DNA from: Negaprion brevirostris
Taxonomy: Eukaryota
Assembly (NCBI GenBank): GCA_030324005.1
Contig: JARDVH010000149.1
Location: forward strand, 11,732,910 to 11,796,909
Direction: 5' to 3'
DNA length: 64,000 bases
The notes beneath the pieces are model-generated. The model was not told the DNA's origin. It saw only the letters and a list, made by a program, of their open reading frames with translations, and ran no database searches. A program made the position numbers and the translations under genes. Shown piece after piece: positions 11,970-24,628 of the stretch. The stretch's first letter is position 1; every line of letters begins with the position of its first letter.

Positions 11970-14900
11970 AATGCCCTGTGCTCCCTTTTATTCAAAACTA
12001 AAAGAAAAATTAAATCAGAAAAAATGGCTCTTCAGAGGTTACTTTTTTAATATATCTATATATATAAAATGTTGAAGTATATATACAAAAAATGTTGTAT
12101 TGATTGTGAAGTTACTATTTTGGCAACGAAAAGAAAACAATGAACATAAAAGCATTATTCAAAAGTTAAGTGGACATTTTTCTAGGCTGTCGAGAATCCA
12201 TCAGTGAGTTAGCACAAATTCAAATGGTTATGTCTTCAGATTTAACATTAATTTGCTTTCTCAAGTGCATTGTGCTTNNNNNNNNNNTAGTGTGAAGAAC
12301 AATAAGCAGCTGTTATTTTTTTGCAAATATTTTCGAAGTTGTAAATCCAATCCTATTTAATCTGATCCAATTTACTGGAGTATCACATTTTAAAGCAAAA
12401 GTATTCCACACAGCTGTATCATGCACCCTTACTTTCTTCAACAATCTGCACTGTTTTCCATTTTTTAATCTTGCCAGCAGAGAAACACAAAAATGACAAC
12501 TACTATCTCCAAAAGGCCAAATGAACACAACTTGTGGGATTGGCGGGGCGTGGCAAGGGCGAGATGGTCTTTTTTAGTTCATCACTTCAGTACAATGAGC
12601 TTCAGCTGTGANNNNNNNNNTTATAGTGAAGTTACCAATAAGTAACCCTAGACCAAAACTCAAATACAGTGCTGAACAACCAACTGATACTGCTGATTTT
12701 CTAAAACAAGATAGTACTAAATTTAGTTGTTTGAAATGTGTGGTAACCAAGATTAGGCTAAACAAGTGCATTGCTATTAAGAATGCAAGTCTGCCAAAGA
12801 TACATTCCATTTGACTGGAGTTTATAATACCTATTTGTTTTCATGCAACTGAAGACAATTCTACTGTCAAAGAATTCTCACAAACTTTAACATACACCTT
12901 GCATTTTAATAGTTTGTTAAAGGCTCTTGTAAATTTCAGGTAATGTTTAAGAGTCAATTAAAAATACTGTTGAAATAGAATTTTAGTTCTGCACTGGGTC
13001 ACTGCAGTGAACAAATATCTTTTGATAAGCACAATTCACTCAAGATAGGCCAATCTAGATCACATACTTCCCTGTTATTAAATGTTACTCAAAGATGGAG
13101 GCCCAGTAAGGCTGAACGCAAAAATATACATTTTTAGTCAAAAAAATCCAAAAATCTCCAAATTTATATGCAATGAGAATTGAACAATTCAAGATGTCTG
13201 TGGTTCCTTTAATTCAGCAAACTACAATATCATTTCTGAATAATTTTCCATAGGAAATACTTTTACCTGACTGGACAGAAGAAAAATTTGAATGTTTAAT
13301 AAAAGCACTTTGTTGCTTAGTTAAAAGTGGGGAAGCATAATTGAAACCTCAACCTCAGCTATCATTTGAACTGCATTCCACAGGAGAGCTTCGTTACTTC
13401 CAAGGCTACAAAATTAAGCACCTGGGACATCATATCATAAAGGAGAAACTGGGAGACTTTTCCCTCAAATACTAATCTGCTTTGAAAGGGCTTTTGTGAC
13501 TATCACGGTAAAACAATGGGCTCAATACAACTGCATTCTGTCCCATATAGATGGGGTTTCAGAGAAAGACAAAATGGCTCCACAAATCTGAATTCAAGTA
13601 TGTTTCTAACAAAGTCAGATTTGAACTGATGTACCATTTTACAAAGTTAACCACCAGGGCATGGGAGTATCCAATCGAAGGTGATTAGACCGGGAGATGG
13701 CACATATTTCAATTTCAACTCAAAAGCCTTCTCTCTTAAGTCAAACAGTGACACAAATACGCCACATCACATTGTTATTTATGTCAAAGTTATTTTACTT
13801 GTTATCAAGCAGTAAATACTATAAAGTCATTTACTGCAATGTGAAGTTTTCACACTATTGTCAATTCTCACTGTTGGGACAGTCAAACACCAAAGGCTTT
13901 AGATTAAAATAGTGCATGGGCACTGGTGGGAAATCAAAACTGGGAATCTGAGGGCACAACTGGTACACTACACTGTGATTTTAATAATTCATCCACGTTA
14001 TTAATGTGAAATATTAACAGTATATGGGGGAGTACTTTCTTGTTCTATATTTGCCACGCAGGGAACTCAGATTGAAGTTAAAAGAATCTTTTAGGGCAAA
14101 GGTTAAGGCCATTTCTGAGGACTTCAATACATTTCTGATAAACAGATACTTGGTTGACAGGAAAGTATGGTGGTGATTTAACCAATATCAACCTTAAAAT
14201 GGCAACATTTCAATGGCCGGGATGGAAAATCAATATCATTCAACCAGCTTTTCCAAATAGTGACTAGATCATCTCACAAAATTAAATCAGTTTTGTCTTC
14301 CATTGCCGGGGATAAATGTTGGCAGCTTAGTTGGTGAAAGTCACTGGATGCAACTTGATGACTAAGTCTTGGTAGCAAGTATCATGGATGGACTGCAGTT
14401 GTTGGCAGCTGATCCATTCTAGCGTTTATGCTATGAAATGTAAATTCTGGTGAGCAAGACCGATTTTATGAAGGCTTTAGGAATGCAGGTAAAAGTGAAT
14501 ATTGTAAGAAATAAGGAACAGTTTGATTCTTTCACAGGACGTGAGCATCCATAGGAAGGCCAGCATTTGTAGTCCATCCATAATTGCCCTCAAGTTGAAT
14601 CAAGGAGGCAATTCAAATACCTAGGGTTCATAAGTATGGAAGATGGCTGATGTCAGAAACTGGTGAAGTTAAAATGGAAAAAGAAACTTGCATTTAGTAG
14701 AAAGATATTGATTATACAATTGAAATAAGAATTGAGGAAAATATTAGTGACAATAAAGAAAGTATCAAGTTCAAGAGAGAGTAAATGAGGAATACATCAG
14801 GACCACTTAAAAATGGGAGATCATGTAGAGAAGAGAAGCACAAGATAGAGTGGTTTGGAGAAAGAAGAATTGAGTTGGAACTTGTCTAAGACAGACCATT

Positions 14901-17900
14901 AAGTATGATNNNNNNNNNNNNNNNNNNNNNNNNNNNNNNNNNNNNNNNNNNNNNNNNNNNNNNNNNNNNNNNNNNNNNNNNNNNNNNNNNNNNNNNNNNN
15001 NNNNNNNNNNNNNNNNNNNNNNNNNNNNNNNNNNNNNNNNNNNNNNNNNNNNNNNNNNNNNNNNNNNNNNNNNNNNNNNNNNNNNNNNNNNNNNNNNNNN
15101 NNNNNNNNNNNNNNNNNNNNNNNNNNNNNNNNNNNNNNNNNNNNNNNNNNNNNNNNNNNNNNNNNNNNNNNNNNNNNNNNNNNNNNNNNNNNNNNNNNNN
15201 NNNNNNNNNNNNNNNNNNNNNNNNNNTACCAGAAATTGATTCAATGCTTTATGCTATCCACTTAACATGCAGGCCAGGAAACACAAAGTCAATAAGTTAT
15301 CTCACTGTGTATTTCAAATTTTAGGTTAACTATATCAGCCAACCTGACTTTAAACGCCGATATATTAATTGTATCACAGGTATACTCTGCTAAGTATAAA
15401 ACATGCAAGCTAATTGGAAATCTTCTCCAAAATTTAACTTTGATACCCAGATGATGCCAATTATCATTGGTTTTCTATTATGGGATACAAACTACCAATA
15501 ATCTGGAAATTGTGAAATACTTTTCCTAGAAATGGTACTTTGCTGGAGCTAATGATTTACTAAATACAGTATTCAACATCCAAATACAAAACCGTCCAAA
15601 TGTCTTATTTTGATAGCCTGTAACAAAACTTAAAAACTATATAAAATTATCACTGCCACCTCAAGTTAAACTCAATTGTAACCTCCAATGGATGCCAAAA
15701 AAGGCCGCTCCAGACAACTTAGGGTGTATGCATTTTGCTGTTCACAAAGATTATGAGTTTCTTTGACTTATACCGCCCTTTCCTATTAAGAGGACGATGC
15801 ACCTCTTTTATGACAATCCGTTGTGATCACACTCCGTGGGTGTTAGTTTTTAATCTATTTACCACTTAACCAACCTCTCTCTGAACTTCCATGATTGATA
15901 TTTTAAAATCAAATATAATCAAAGAAATTAGGTTGCCATTGTTTGGTAAAGAAACCAATCTCTGCATCCAAAATTACTCCAAATCAAGGACAAACCTGCT
16001 TACTCAGTTCATTTTAGCCAATTGCAAGTTAGCAAACAGAGTGAAAAGGAAGTCCTTTGGGCCAGCACCTGAAGTAAATCTCGCATACAAGTGATTTCCC
16101 TTTTTTACTTATTGCAACAGCGAAAGGGACACAAGTCGTCATCACATCACTCTATGGACACATCTCAACGCAAAAATGTTTTCTTTCCCAACATGCTTTC
16201 TGAATTCTGAATAGGTTAATAGGCACATGCTCGTACAACCAAACTACTACTGCAGGTGTCACCCACCTGGTAGTGAGGACAGGCCCTGCATGCATCTAAA
16301 TTAATATTAATTTAATACAACAAATGTAGGCCAGGACAGAAGAATCTGAAGCTCACAGACTGGATTTAACCACTTCACTGTTCAGTATTCAATTAAAAAA
16401 AATTCTTCCCGTACCAATTTCAATTTTTTTTAATAACTCAATTTGACTGAATCTTAGGAAATTGGCTATATTATGTGACAACTAAATTTGAAATTTCTGG
16501 GATGCACTGGGTGAGATCATAGTTGGAATAAGATGTGTGCCATTTAACAACTATTTTACACAGATTCCGGTGTTTATACAAGCATTTAATCCACTCATCA
16601 AATATACCTATGGCTTGTTCAATCTTGCAAACTGAACCATCTGCTGAAGAACAGGAACTGCAGTGAAAATGGCACTGAAAGATGATTTTGATAGAGGTCA
16701 CCTCCTTTTGAGGAAATCAAAAATATTAGCATGTTTGACAACATATTTCAGGGTATCCATGCATTTTTAATCAACTATATTGTATTCCCTTCCTATTCAA
16801 AGTCTGTGCTACTGAAAGTGTTAAAACTAATAATGCCGACTGCTTAAACCTACATGATAATTTAGTCAGCATGGCGACACTGAAAATAATCAACATGGAC
16901 TTTTGCCTGTGAAAGTGCATTATTTTCCTTACCTGAACTAATGTACTAGATCATTATTGAGGGTCACTTTCCAATCCCCTAAATGCAGGAAGAAAACATT
17001 TCTGGTTGAACAAATAATTATCTCAATAATGAAACACGATTTCAGATTCCCTTTCTAGATGTGCAGACTTAGGCAACATTAATAGCCTGAATGTGTGCCT
17101 AACAACCTAAAGCAGCAAGGGTGACACTCTACCCAGCAGCATCTATTTTTTCACAAGTTAATATGAAGACCTGGTAAATAGAGGTGAATCCACTTACTAG
17201 TTTAAGAGTTGATCAGTCAAACTCAGTAGACAACCCTACTGCTTTGAAGAGTTCATTTGTGGAGTTAATGTGTAGGCTATGTACAGAAACCTCCAGTCAA
17301 CTTTAGAACTTTCTCCCATTACTGAAAATGATCAACTGCAGCTCAATTCTCAACAGTAAACAAGACAGTCCTTTAAAAAAAAAACTCTGCTTAACGTTTT
17401 AAAACCCCATAATGCAGAGTCCATGCACAAAATGTACAACCACATGTGGTAACACCTTATGAAAGTCTGCTAATTGATAACTTTGAACAATGGTGAGGAG
17501 CAATTCCAGCCCTTTCAGTACCAGCCTGGCTAAAATATGTCCGGTCTCTATGTACAACGAATTTGCCTTTCCCAACAAATCCTCAATTGCTGGCAGTCAT
17601 ACTCATGCAAAAAAAAATCCATTACAGCACATCAAACTAGTATTCTGGTATTTACAATGAGCCAGTCTTTCTCCTACAGTACAGAATTATATTTTAAGGT
17701 TTCCTGTGCAAGTGCTAGTACCACTATTTGTTACTCTATAAACAGAAGTCCACAATTAGTGAGTGAATTGTCGTACCCTTGTACCTAACAATGTCAAATA
17801 GTCTCCAAAGCAGAGTCTATCCGCAGATCACTTGGGGTCTGCCAGTTAAAGTGAGCTGTATGAATGGGTCCAACATAGGACTCGTAAAAACAGCTTGGCA

Positions 17901-18118
17901 CGGATGGTAGGAAAGGAAATTGAATGCAGGCAATGGCATAAAACTTGTAACGTTTCCCTAGAGTGGTGCCACCTGTTTTACGATCTTGTTTAGAAACAAA
18001 TCTCCAAAAAGGTGAAGCACACTGATATGAACTGGCTTCTGCAGCTCAATTTAAGTAAAGTAAGTCACTTGATGGGGTTCATTAGCTGCCATCTAAGGTT
18101 TAGCCTTCCTGTTGAATC
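11970..18118 (-). other. RAPGEF1: Probable long RAPGEF1 3' UTR (end uncertain)
   Basis: Mostly repeat-poor sequence downstream of the TAG. Minus-strand AATAAA at 11992-11987 is preceded by a U/A-rich block with TGTATATA (about 12086-12079). Confidence 0.35.
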
Positions 18119-18269
18119 CTAGGTTTTCTCTTCACGCTCTGTTTTCCGTCGTTGAATGTTGCGTGGCTTGATTTTTAATGATAGTTCCCACAGCGCTTCC
18201 TCGGCTAGGTGGTCGCTGAAGTCATTGAAGAATGTAACAATGTCATCAATGCGCTTTAGTTCATAATGA
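18119..18269 (-). CDS. RAPGEF1: RAPGEF1 (C3G) last coding exon
   Basis: tttcAG acceptor. Encodes HYELKRIDDIVTFFNDFSDHLAEEALWELSLKIKPRNIQRRKTEREEKT*, matching the C3G C-terminus. Confidence 0.96.
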
Positions 18270-19083
18270 CTGAAACAAGAAGAAAACAAAGTTATTGTCA
18301 CTATTAGAATTTAATTGTATTACACGTGGTGGTGATGGNNNNNNNNNNNNNNNNNNNNNNNNNNNNNNNNNNNNNNNNNNNNNNNNNNNNNNNNNNNNNN
18401 NNNNNNNNNNNNNNNNNNNNNNNNNNNNNNNNNNNNNNTGTAAATGGTCTGACTCCCAAGGTCATTTTGTCTCTACTCAACTCAACTTTTAGCTGCCATG
18501 CCCACAGTTCTCTGCAAGCCAATACAAGTCATTTATAAATGCATCAACACTTCCATCTTGTCTTTTGGCATGTTTGTTAAATTTATTCTGTTCAACAATG
18601 GTATTCTTTCTTAGATTGAAGTGTATATCAACTGCTTTGGTAAATTCGTCATACGTGGCTTTCCCCTCATCAATACCCTATCTGAACTACAACTACAAGA
18701 GACTCAACCATCTGCAACTCTCTTCAGCTTTTTTTGATGCTGTTCTGAAATCCTCAGATACTGGTGAGGTCTGAAAATACTGCATGCACCACCTTCCCGC
18801 AGGCCAGATATTCTATATGCCCAAGATAATGTATGCAATTGAGGATTAGGGGTTACAGCTCATTATTCCTCCCAGGTAGTGTACATGCACTCAACATCAA
18901 TGTTTAGAATGAGATTCTTGATCAGTGAGAGCATGGTTGATTTCAAGTCTACTGATCCTTACTTTTTTAAGTAAAACACATCTAATTAAGTCAGAATGAG
19001 TGAATTCTTCTCTTAACAAGTGAGATTTCAACAACTCAGTATGGCATCTAACAACTAATCACTGCATATCTAATTGAAATGGC

Positions 19084-19483
19084 CATAGAATTCTTACAGT
19101 GCAGAAGGGGGCCTTTCAACCCAGTGAGTCTGCACTGACTAGCTGAAAGAAAATCTTACCAAGGCCACCCCACCGGCTTATCCCCGTAACCCCACGCGTT
19201 TAATATACCTAACGTAAACATCTTTGGACACTATGGGATAACTTAGCATAGCCAATTCATATAACCTCCACATCTTTGGAAACGAAGGGACCATTTAACA
19301 TGGCCAATCCAACTAAGCCTGCACATCTTTGGACTGTAGGAGGAAACCAGAGCACCTGGAGGAAACCCATGCAAACATGGGGAGAATGTACAACTCCACA
19401 CAGCTAGTTACCTGAGGCCAGAATCGAACCTGGGTCCCTAGAGCTGTGAGGCAGCAGTGCTAATCCCTGTGCCACTGTACTGC
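19084..19483 (-). mobile_element. HE1-like V-SINE, CR1-type tail
   Basis: tRNA-like head, central ggtttcctcc..tccaaagatgtg domain and ...ctgtaagaattctatg tail. Internal acatctttgga is triplicated. Confidence 0.85.
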
Positions 19484-20612
19484 AATCTACTGCAGGTTAC
19501 CTCACAATTATTAAGTCAACATAGACCAACAACATCAGCCATGAACTACTGTCCATGATGATTCCAAAAGAATGTACACTTATCAGCATAAAACCTCTCC
19601 CATGATCATACATTTTAATATAAATGAGCAATAAGAATGATAGTACGCTGCTGTGACTTGATTACAAAGTTCAAGTCACTGATAAACCAAGTGTCATTGG
19701 CAACACAGGACAAGATAATTGATTTCTCACAATTAACCTATGCTTAAACATAGGTTAGAAGTGACTAAAGAGGTTAACCATAAACTGCCGAATGCTGTTT
19801 CAGTTAACTGTCTAACCTACTGCAAACCATTAAATCAGCTTCAAATCAGGAGAATTATTCCTGATGTTGACAGCACAGATGACTGAGGGCACCTGCCCTT
19901 GGGTTGAGTTCCACTTGTGTAATGAGGTGTGACTGAACCCATTGCTTCAAGATGACCTTTCTCCAAGCCTAGAAATTAAAACTCGCAAAATGTCACAAAA
20001 CGGCATTATGGAGAATAAAAAGGAGCTCACTCTTGTGGCAAATGGAAAACAATAGGAAATACCATGCTCATTAAAACTCCTGAAGTGGCTTGCAACTAGT
20101 CATCTCAAATAGAATGTACTTAATGGCTTTTGTTAGCATTGCTCAACCTGACGCTTCTTCAGGACAAAATAACTGACTCGCTTTGAAGGGGAAACAAAGA
20201 GGAAGAAAAGTTCTTCTTTTTGAATGAAAATGTAGAAATGGACATTCAGAATCTGAGCTGGCAGTAATTTCCCTGTGATTGAAATTGTGGTGCACACATT
20301 CACTTATGGGAACAAGAGGAAAAAGAAAATCACTCCAGTCCGTTATGGAGCTCTGGATAAAATTCAACCCATCCCTCACTTGGAGAAGGCAGTGCTGTTG
20401 GCTTCTTGGGAATCAACGTATATAAATACACATCAGTTAAAAAAAAACTAAAAAGGGTCAATTCTAAAACTGCATCAAGGTGCCTTGGCAACAGTCGATC
20501 TAAAACAGTGGTTACGTAGCTATTAGTATGAATCCATGATCACGAGTTGGCTTTGTATCTATCCAGAGCGAAGTAAATTTGTATTTTTGTTGAAAGTCTC
20601 ATGAACACTTAC

Positions 20613-20741
20613 ACTTGCTGGAAACGTCGCATACTATCCAATATATTAAACTGTTGCCACCGTTTAGAAAAGTTGATTTTCCCATCAATAAGATCTGGAT
20701 TACCTAGGTGCACAAAGGTCAAGTCCTGCAGAATGAGGCCC
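20613..20741 (-). CDS. RAPGEF1: RAPGEF1 CDC25-domain exon
   Basis: AG/GTAAGT sites, 129 nt. GLILQDLTFVHLGNPDLIDGKINFSKRWQQFNILDSMRRFQQ (RasGEF conserved motif). Confidence 0.96.
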
Positions 20742-21391
20742 CTGTAGAAACAAAATAGTCAAGATCAAAAGTTTTCTGCAAGCTATCTGCTCAAGTGTGA
20801 AGCTAAGAAACAGAAACATGAATGTATTCCTGGCAGGAGCTTAGAATGTTTCTGCAGATGACTGATACAATTTGGTGTTTGCATTTTGCAATCCAAAACA
20901 ATAAATGATGAATTGTTCAGTTAACTCGTTATCAAGTTAACTAATCCCAAATTAGTGGTTGCTACTATTTTGTATTCACGTTAACAACGGTTGAACTAGA
21001 GTTATAACTGAGTTATAATTTTATCTTGGTGATGAACGAGATCAAACAGTTGCTGGCAAGCATATGATTAAAAGTTAGTACTGATAATCAAAAAGCGAAC
21101 GGAGTTAATCATTCTTTGGTGCACAGTTGTAGATTCAAACAAAGAAACATAAATCTTCAGTGATGATGCACATGGATTTGACATCAATTGTCTTCAAGTG
21201 AAGCAGGGTTACAGGGCAGAGAAGAATGGCTGACAAGGACATACAGACTTTATTCAGTTCTCATTCGACAGTCACTGGGCTTTATAACAGAAATTTTGGA
21301 ACCAGGACAATGTCCTTGTTTATAATGGAAATTTCATACATAAACTTGAAAAACTAATTACACTCTTCTGTTGGTAGTGGCACTGTTTCCA

Positions 21392-22722
21392 TTAAGATGG
21401 CACTGGAGCGAGGCAACTTCTTGCGAGTTGTGCCCAGCATACCTTCTAATTCTATCTTTTACTCTCGTTCTATCTTCTAAAACTTCATTTCAACTATTTT
21501 AACTCTCTAACGATGCTTTAATTAAATCTCTTACAGATTTGATGATTTTTAGGGCCCTGGAGTCACCTGACCTGAAGCTGACCTGGACTAGCAGCTAGCG
21601 CTCAGTCCCAGAGCCAGGGATTTCCCTACAGCGACTCTCAGAGGCCAGGAAAGCACTTTAGAAACCAGGGCCTTCATTCTGCAGACTCCTAGAGATCAGG
21701 AAAAAGCTGCCAAAGGTCACTCTACTCGTCTCCAATGATCAGACTTGCATTCCTGCGACTGGAGCCTTCTCCCTCCTGACCTGGAGCTTCGACTTCCTGC
21801 AAGCCCCAAGCACTTCTCTCACCCTTCCCTTCTACAATCGCCCCACACTCCTAAAAATCAGCTTCCACAGCCTAACAATCACTAACATTGCCCTTTTAAA
21901 TTTACTCACAGGTCTAGAGATCCTCCAACCTCAGAAGGAAAACCCTGAACTGGCAGTGACCCTGACAACCCCAACACTTGGACCCGGCCACGCAGACCGC
22001 GGTCTGGACATCCATTGACCTCCGAAGCAAACTTCAGCCTGGACAGCGACATGGAATGTCCGACCGTGCAGATCCATCTACCGACACAAGAACTGAAAAC
22101 AAGGCAACAATCCTCCATCCACACACTGACCAGAGACAAGAAATTCAATGACCGCACCAATACCTTTAACACCGCAAACTAATCTCACTGTTATTAGGCT
22201 CAAAAAAAAAAGCAGTCACTCCAGAAAGCGTGGAAAATGTGCAACTCTGCAGGTGAGAATGAAACAATGCAATCCCAACCCCCACCCTCCCCAGCTTACT
22301 CCTGGCAAATGTCCAATCTCTGGAAAACAAGCTAGACAAACTTAAAGCCAGATTCACTTTTCAAAAAGAACTTAAGGATTGCTCTGCTTCATGGAGATGT
22401 GACTCGCTCCTGCTTCACCAGACTGTGCCCTACAACCAGAAAGCTTCTCAATCCACTGATTGGACTACAGCATCCTCAGGCAAGGCTAGGGGAGGTGGGG
22501 TCTCCCTTCTAAACAACACCTCATGGCTGCCTAGACATAGCAAGACTGGCGAGTTTCTTTTCCCCAGACCTAGACTACCTGACACTAAAATGCCATCCCT
22601 ATTACCTATCGCAGGAGTTCACCTCTGTTATACTGACCGCAGTTTACATTCCACCCAAAGCAGGTGTGAAGACCACACTGGATGAAGTATACACCACTGC
22701 AAAGATACCAAGGTCTTGTTAA
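21392..22722 (+). mobile_element. Rex1/Babar-like LINE, 5' part (UTR plus decayed APE domain)
   Basis: Starts at aagatggc. Frameshifted LLANVQSLENKLDKLKARF, GKARGGGV, PDLDYLTLKCHPYYL and SVILTAVYIPP endonuclease motifs. Confidence 0.75.
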
Positions 22723-22984
22723 TCTCAAGACTGTCATATTCTCTCAGTTGCCATGGGATGAGATGAAGCTGGCTTTTAGGGAACAGAGTTTGGAGCAGGG
22801 ACCCAAAAAATTTCCCTTATTTGTTTGGAAGAAGTTTCTCCTCATCCTGTACTGAATGTTGGATAAGCAATTTGGTAATTTTACAACAGTGGAGTTTTAG
22901 AAAATACAAGATTTTTAATATGAAAATTCCATGCTGATATGTTATACTACTGACAGGTCTGTTGTACCATCACATTTACAGGGC

Positions 22985-23190
22985 AGGTAGTACTCTTGCT
23001 TCAGTCAGAAGGTCAATGGACAAGTCACATTTCAGAGACTTGAGCACATAAACTATCATTTAAGTGCAGTACTGAAGGAGTGCTGCATGATTGAAGGTAC
23101 CACCTTTTGGGTGAGAGATTAAACCAAGGCCCTTTCCACCCTTTCAGGGAAACTTAGAAGATCCCAAGACATTATTCAGAGAGAAGGGAG
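22985..23190 (+). mobile_element. Deu-domain SINE fragment (SacSINE1-like)
   Basis: cagagacttgagcacata...gtgcagtactgaaggagtgctgca...gagagattaaaccaaggccc...gatccca Deu-like core. Confidence 0.65.
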
Positions 23191-23406
23191 AAGGAAGTAG
23201 ACATTAGGTGGCTTTTTGGTGCGATCAGGTCAGCATGGGGGGGGGTGATTTTGAAGAGTGACAAATGGAATGAATCTATAGGCAGGGTGATGGTGCAAAG
23301 GAATGTTACAAAAGTGAGGAAAGGCCAGTGAGGAAGGAGATGGTAAGAAACTGCCAATCTCTTAAAAACTGCTTTCTGCATGAAAAATGACCTTCAACCC
23401 TCAGTA

Positions 23407-23478
23407 CATAGAACATAGAACACTACAGCACAAACAGGCCCTTCGGCCCACGAGTTGCGCCGATCACATCAACACCTA
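23407..23478 (-). mobile_element. CR1/HER1-like LINE 3' end running into a gap
   Basis: catagaacatagaacactacagcacaaacaggcccttcggccca. Confidence 0.75.
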
Positions 23479-24161
23479 NNNNNNNNNNNNNNNNNNNNNN
23501 NNNNNNNNNNNNNNNNNNNNNNNNNNNNNNNNNNNNNNNNNNNNNNNNNNNNNNNNNNNNNNNNNNNNNNNNNNNNNNCATGGGGGGGGGTGAACAGATA
23601 TAGCAGGAAACATTGAGCAATGGCCTGATAGCAGCACTCACAAATGCCACTGTGGAGATATCCACCATCTGCTATGGGTATGTAAATATAAAGACTGAGT
23701 TAAATACAATAAAAGTATGTTAAAAGATGGCAATTAGTACAAGAGAGTGAAGTAAGAAAGAGTGTAAAGTAAGCATGATTTTTTCCAGGTACAGGCAGTG
23801 TACACGGTTACATATAAACACGTCCAGGAATGAGTGAGTCATCGGCCCCCTAATTGCTCAGCATGAACAATGTTTGGTCACATACATGTTCATTAGTAAC
23901 AAGGTTTCAGAATCGAAAGAAGAATCATGAGACTTTCCAGCACCTGTAGCGCAATTGAAATACTATGCTCCCTATCTCTAATTAATTTTCCCCTAAGTAG
24001 TATATTTTCCAGCAATGAGCATCATGCATGGTTGTTCAGCAGGGGCGTACCACAGTCAATGCTTGAACTAGCAAATCCACACGCGCCGTGGACAACAGTT
24101 CATTCATTTATATTTTGAGACCCCATTCCACCCTTCAGACACAACCCATTTCATTACTCAC

Positions 24162-24259
24162 AGGTAAGGTATACAAGGTGGTTCGACCTCTGCCAAAGCA
24201 GCTCGATATGCACGAAATGAAGAGGAGCTATCAATGAGTGTACAGTACTCAGCCAGACC
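24162..24259 (-). CDS. RAPGEF1: RAPGEF1 CDC25-domain exon
   Basis: AG/GTGAGT sites, 98 nt. GLAEYCTLIDSSSSFRAYRAALAEVEPPCIPY(L). Confidence 0.96.
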
Positions 24260-24313
24260 CTGTAAATAAAATGGTAAAAGTTAGTTCATCAAACAATGCT
24301 GCAGACCAAGGTA

Positions 24314-24628
24314 GGGTGGCATGGTGGCATAACGGTTAGCACCGCTGCCTCACAGCGCCAGGGTTCAATTTCCGGCTTGGGTCACTGTGCAGAGTCTGCA
24401 CATTCTCCCCATGTCTGCCTGGGTTTTCTCTGGCTGCTCCAGTTTCCTCCCATAGTGAGAGAGACATGGTGGTTAGCTGCATTAGCCATGCTAAATTCTC
24501 CCTTAGTGTACCTGAACAGGCGCCAGAGTGTGGTGACTAGGGAATTTTCACAGTAATTTTATTGCTGTGTTAATGTAAGCCTACTTGTGACACTAATAAA
24601 TAAATTTAAAACTTTAAGCTTTAAACTT
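24314..24628 (+). mobile_element. V-SINE, short-tail subfamily
   Basis: tRNA head (ggtggcataacggttagcacc / ggttcaattt), V domain and ...gtaagcctacttgtgacactaataaataaa tail. Confidence 0.88.

Noticed and set aside
24296-24556. Recurrent similar short ORFs (LAMLNSPSVY..., GRKPEHPEE...)
   Set aside because: Translations of SINE copies, not a gene family.
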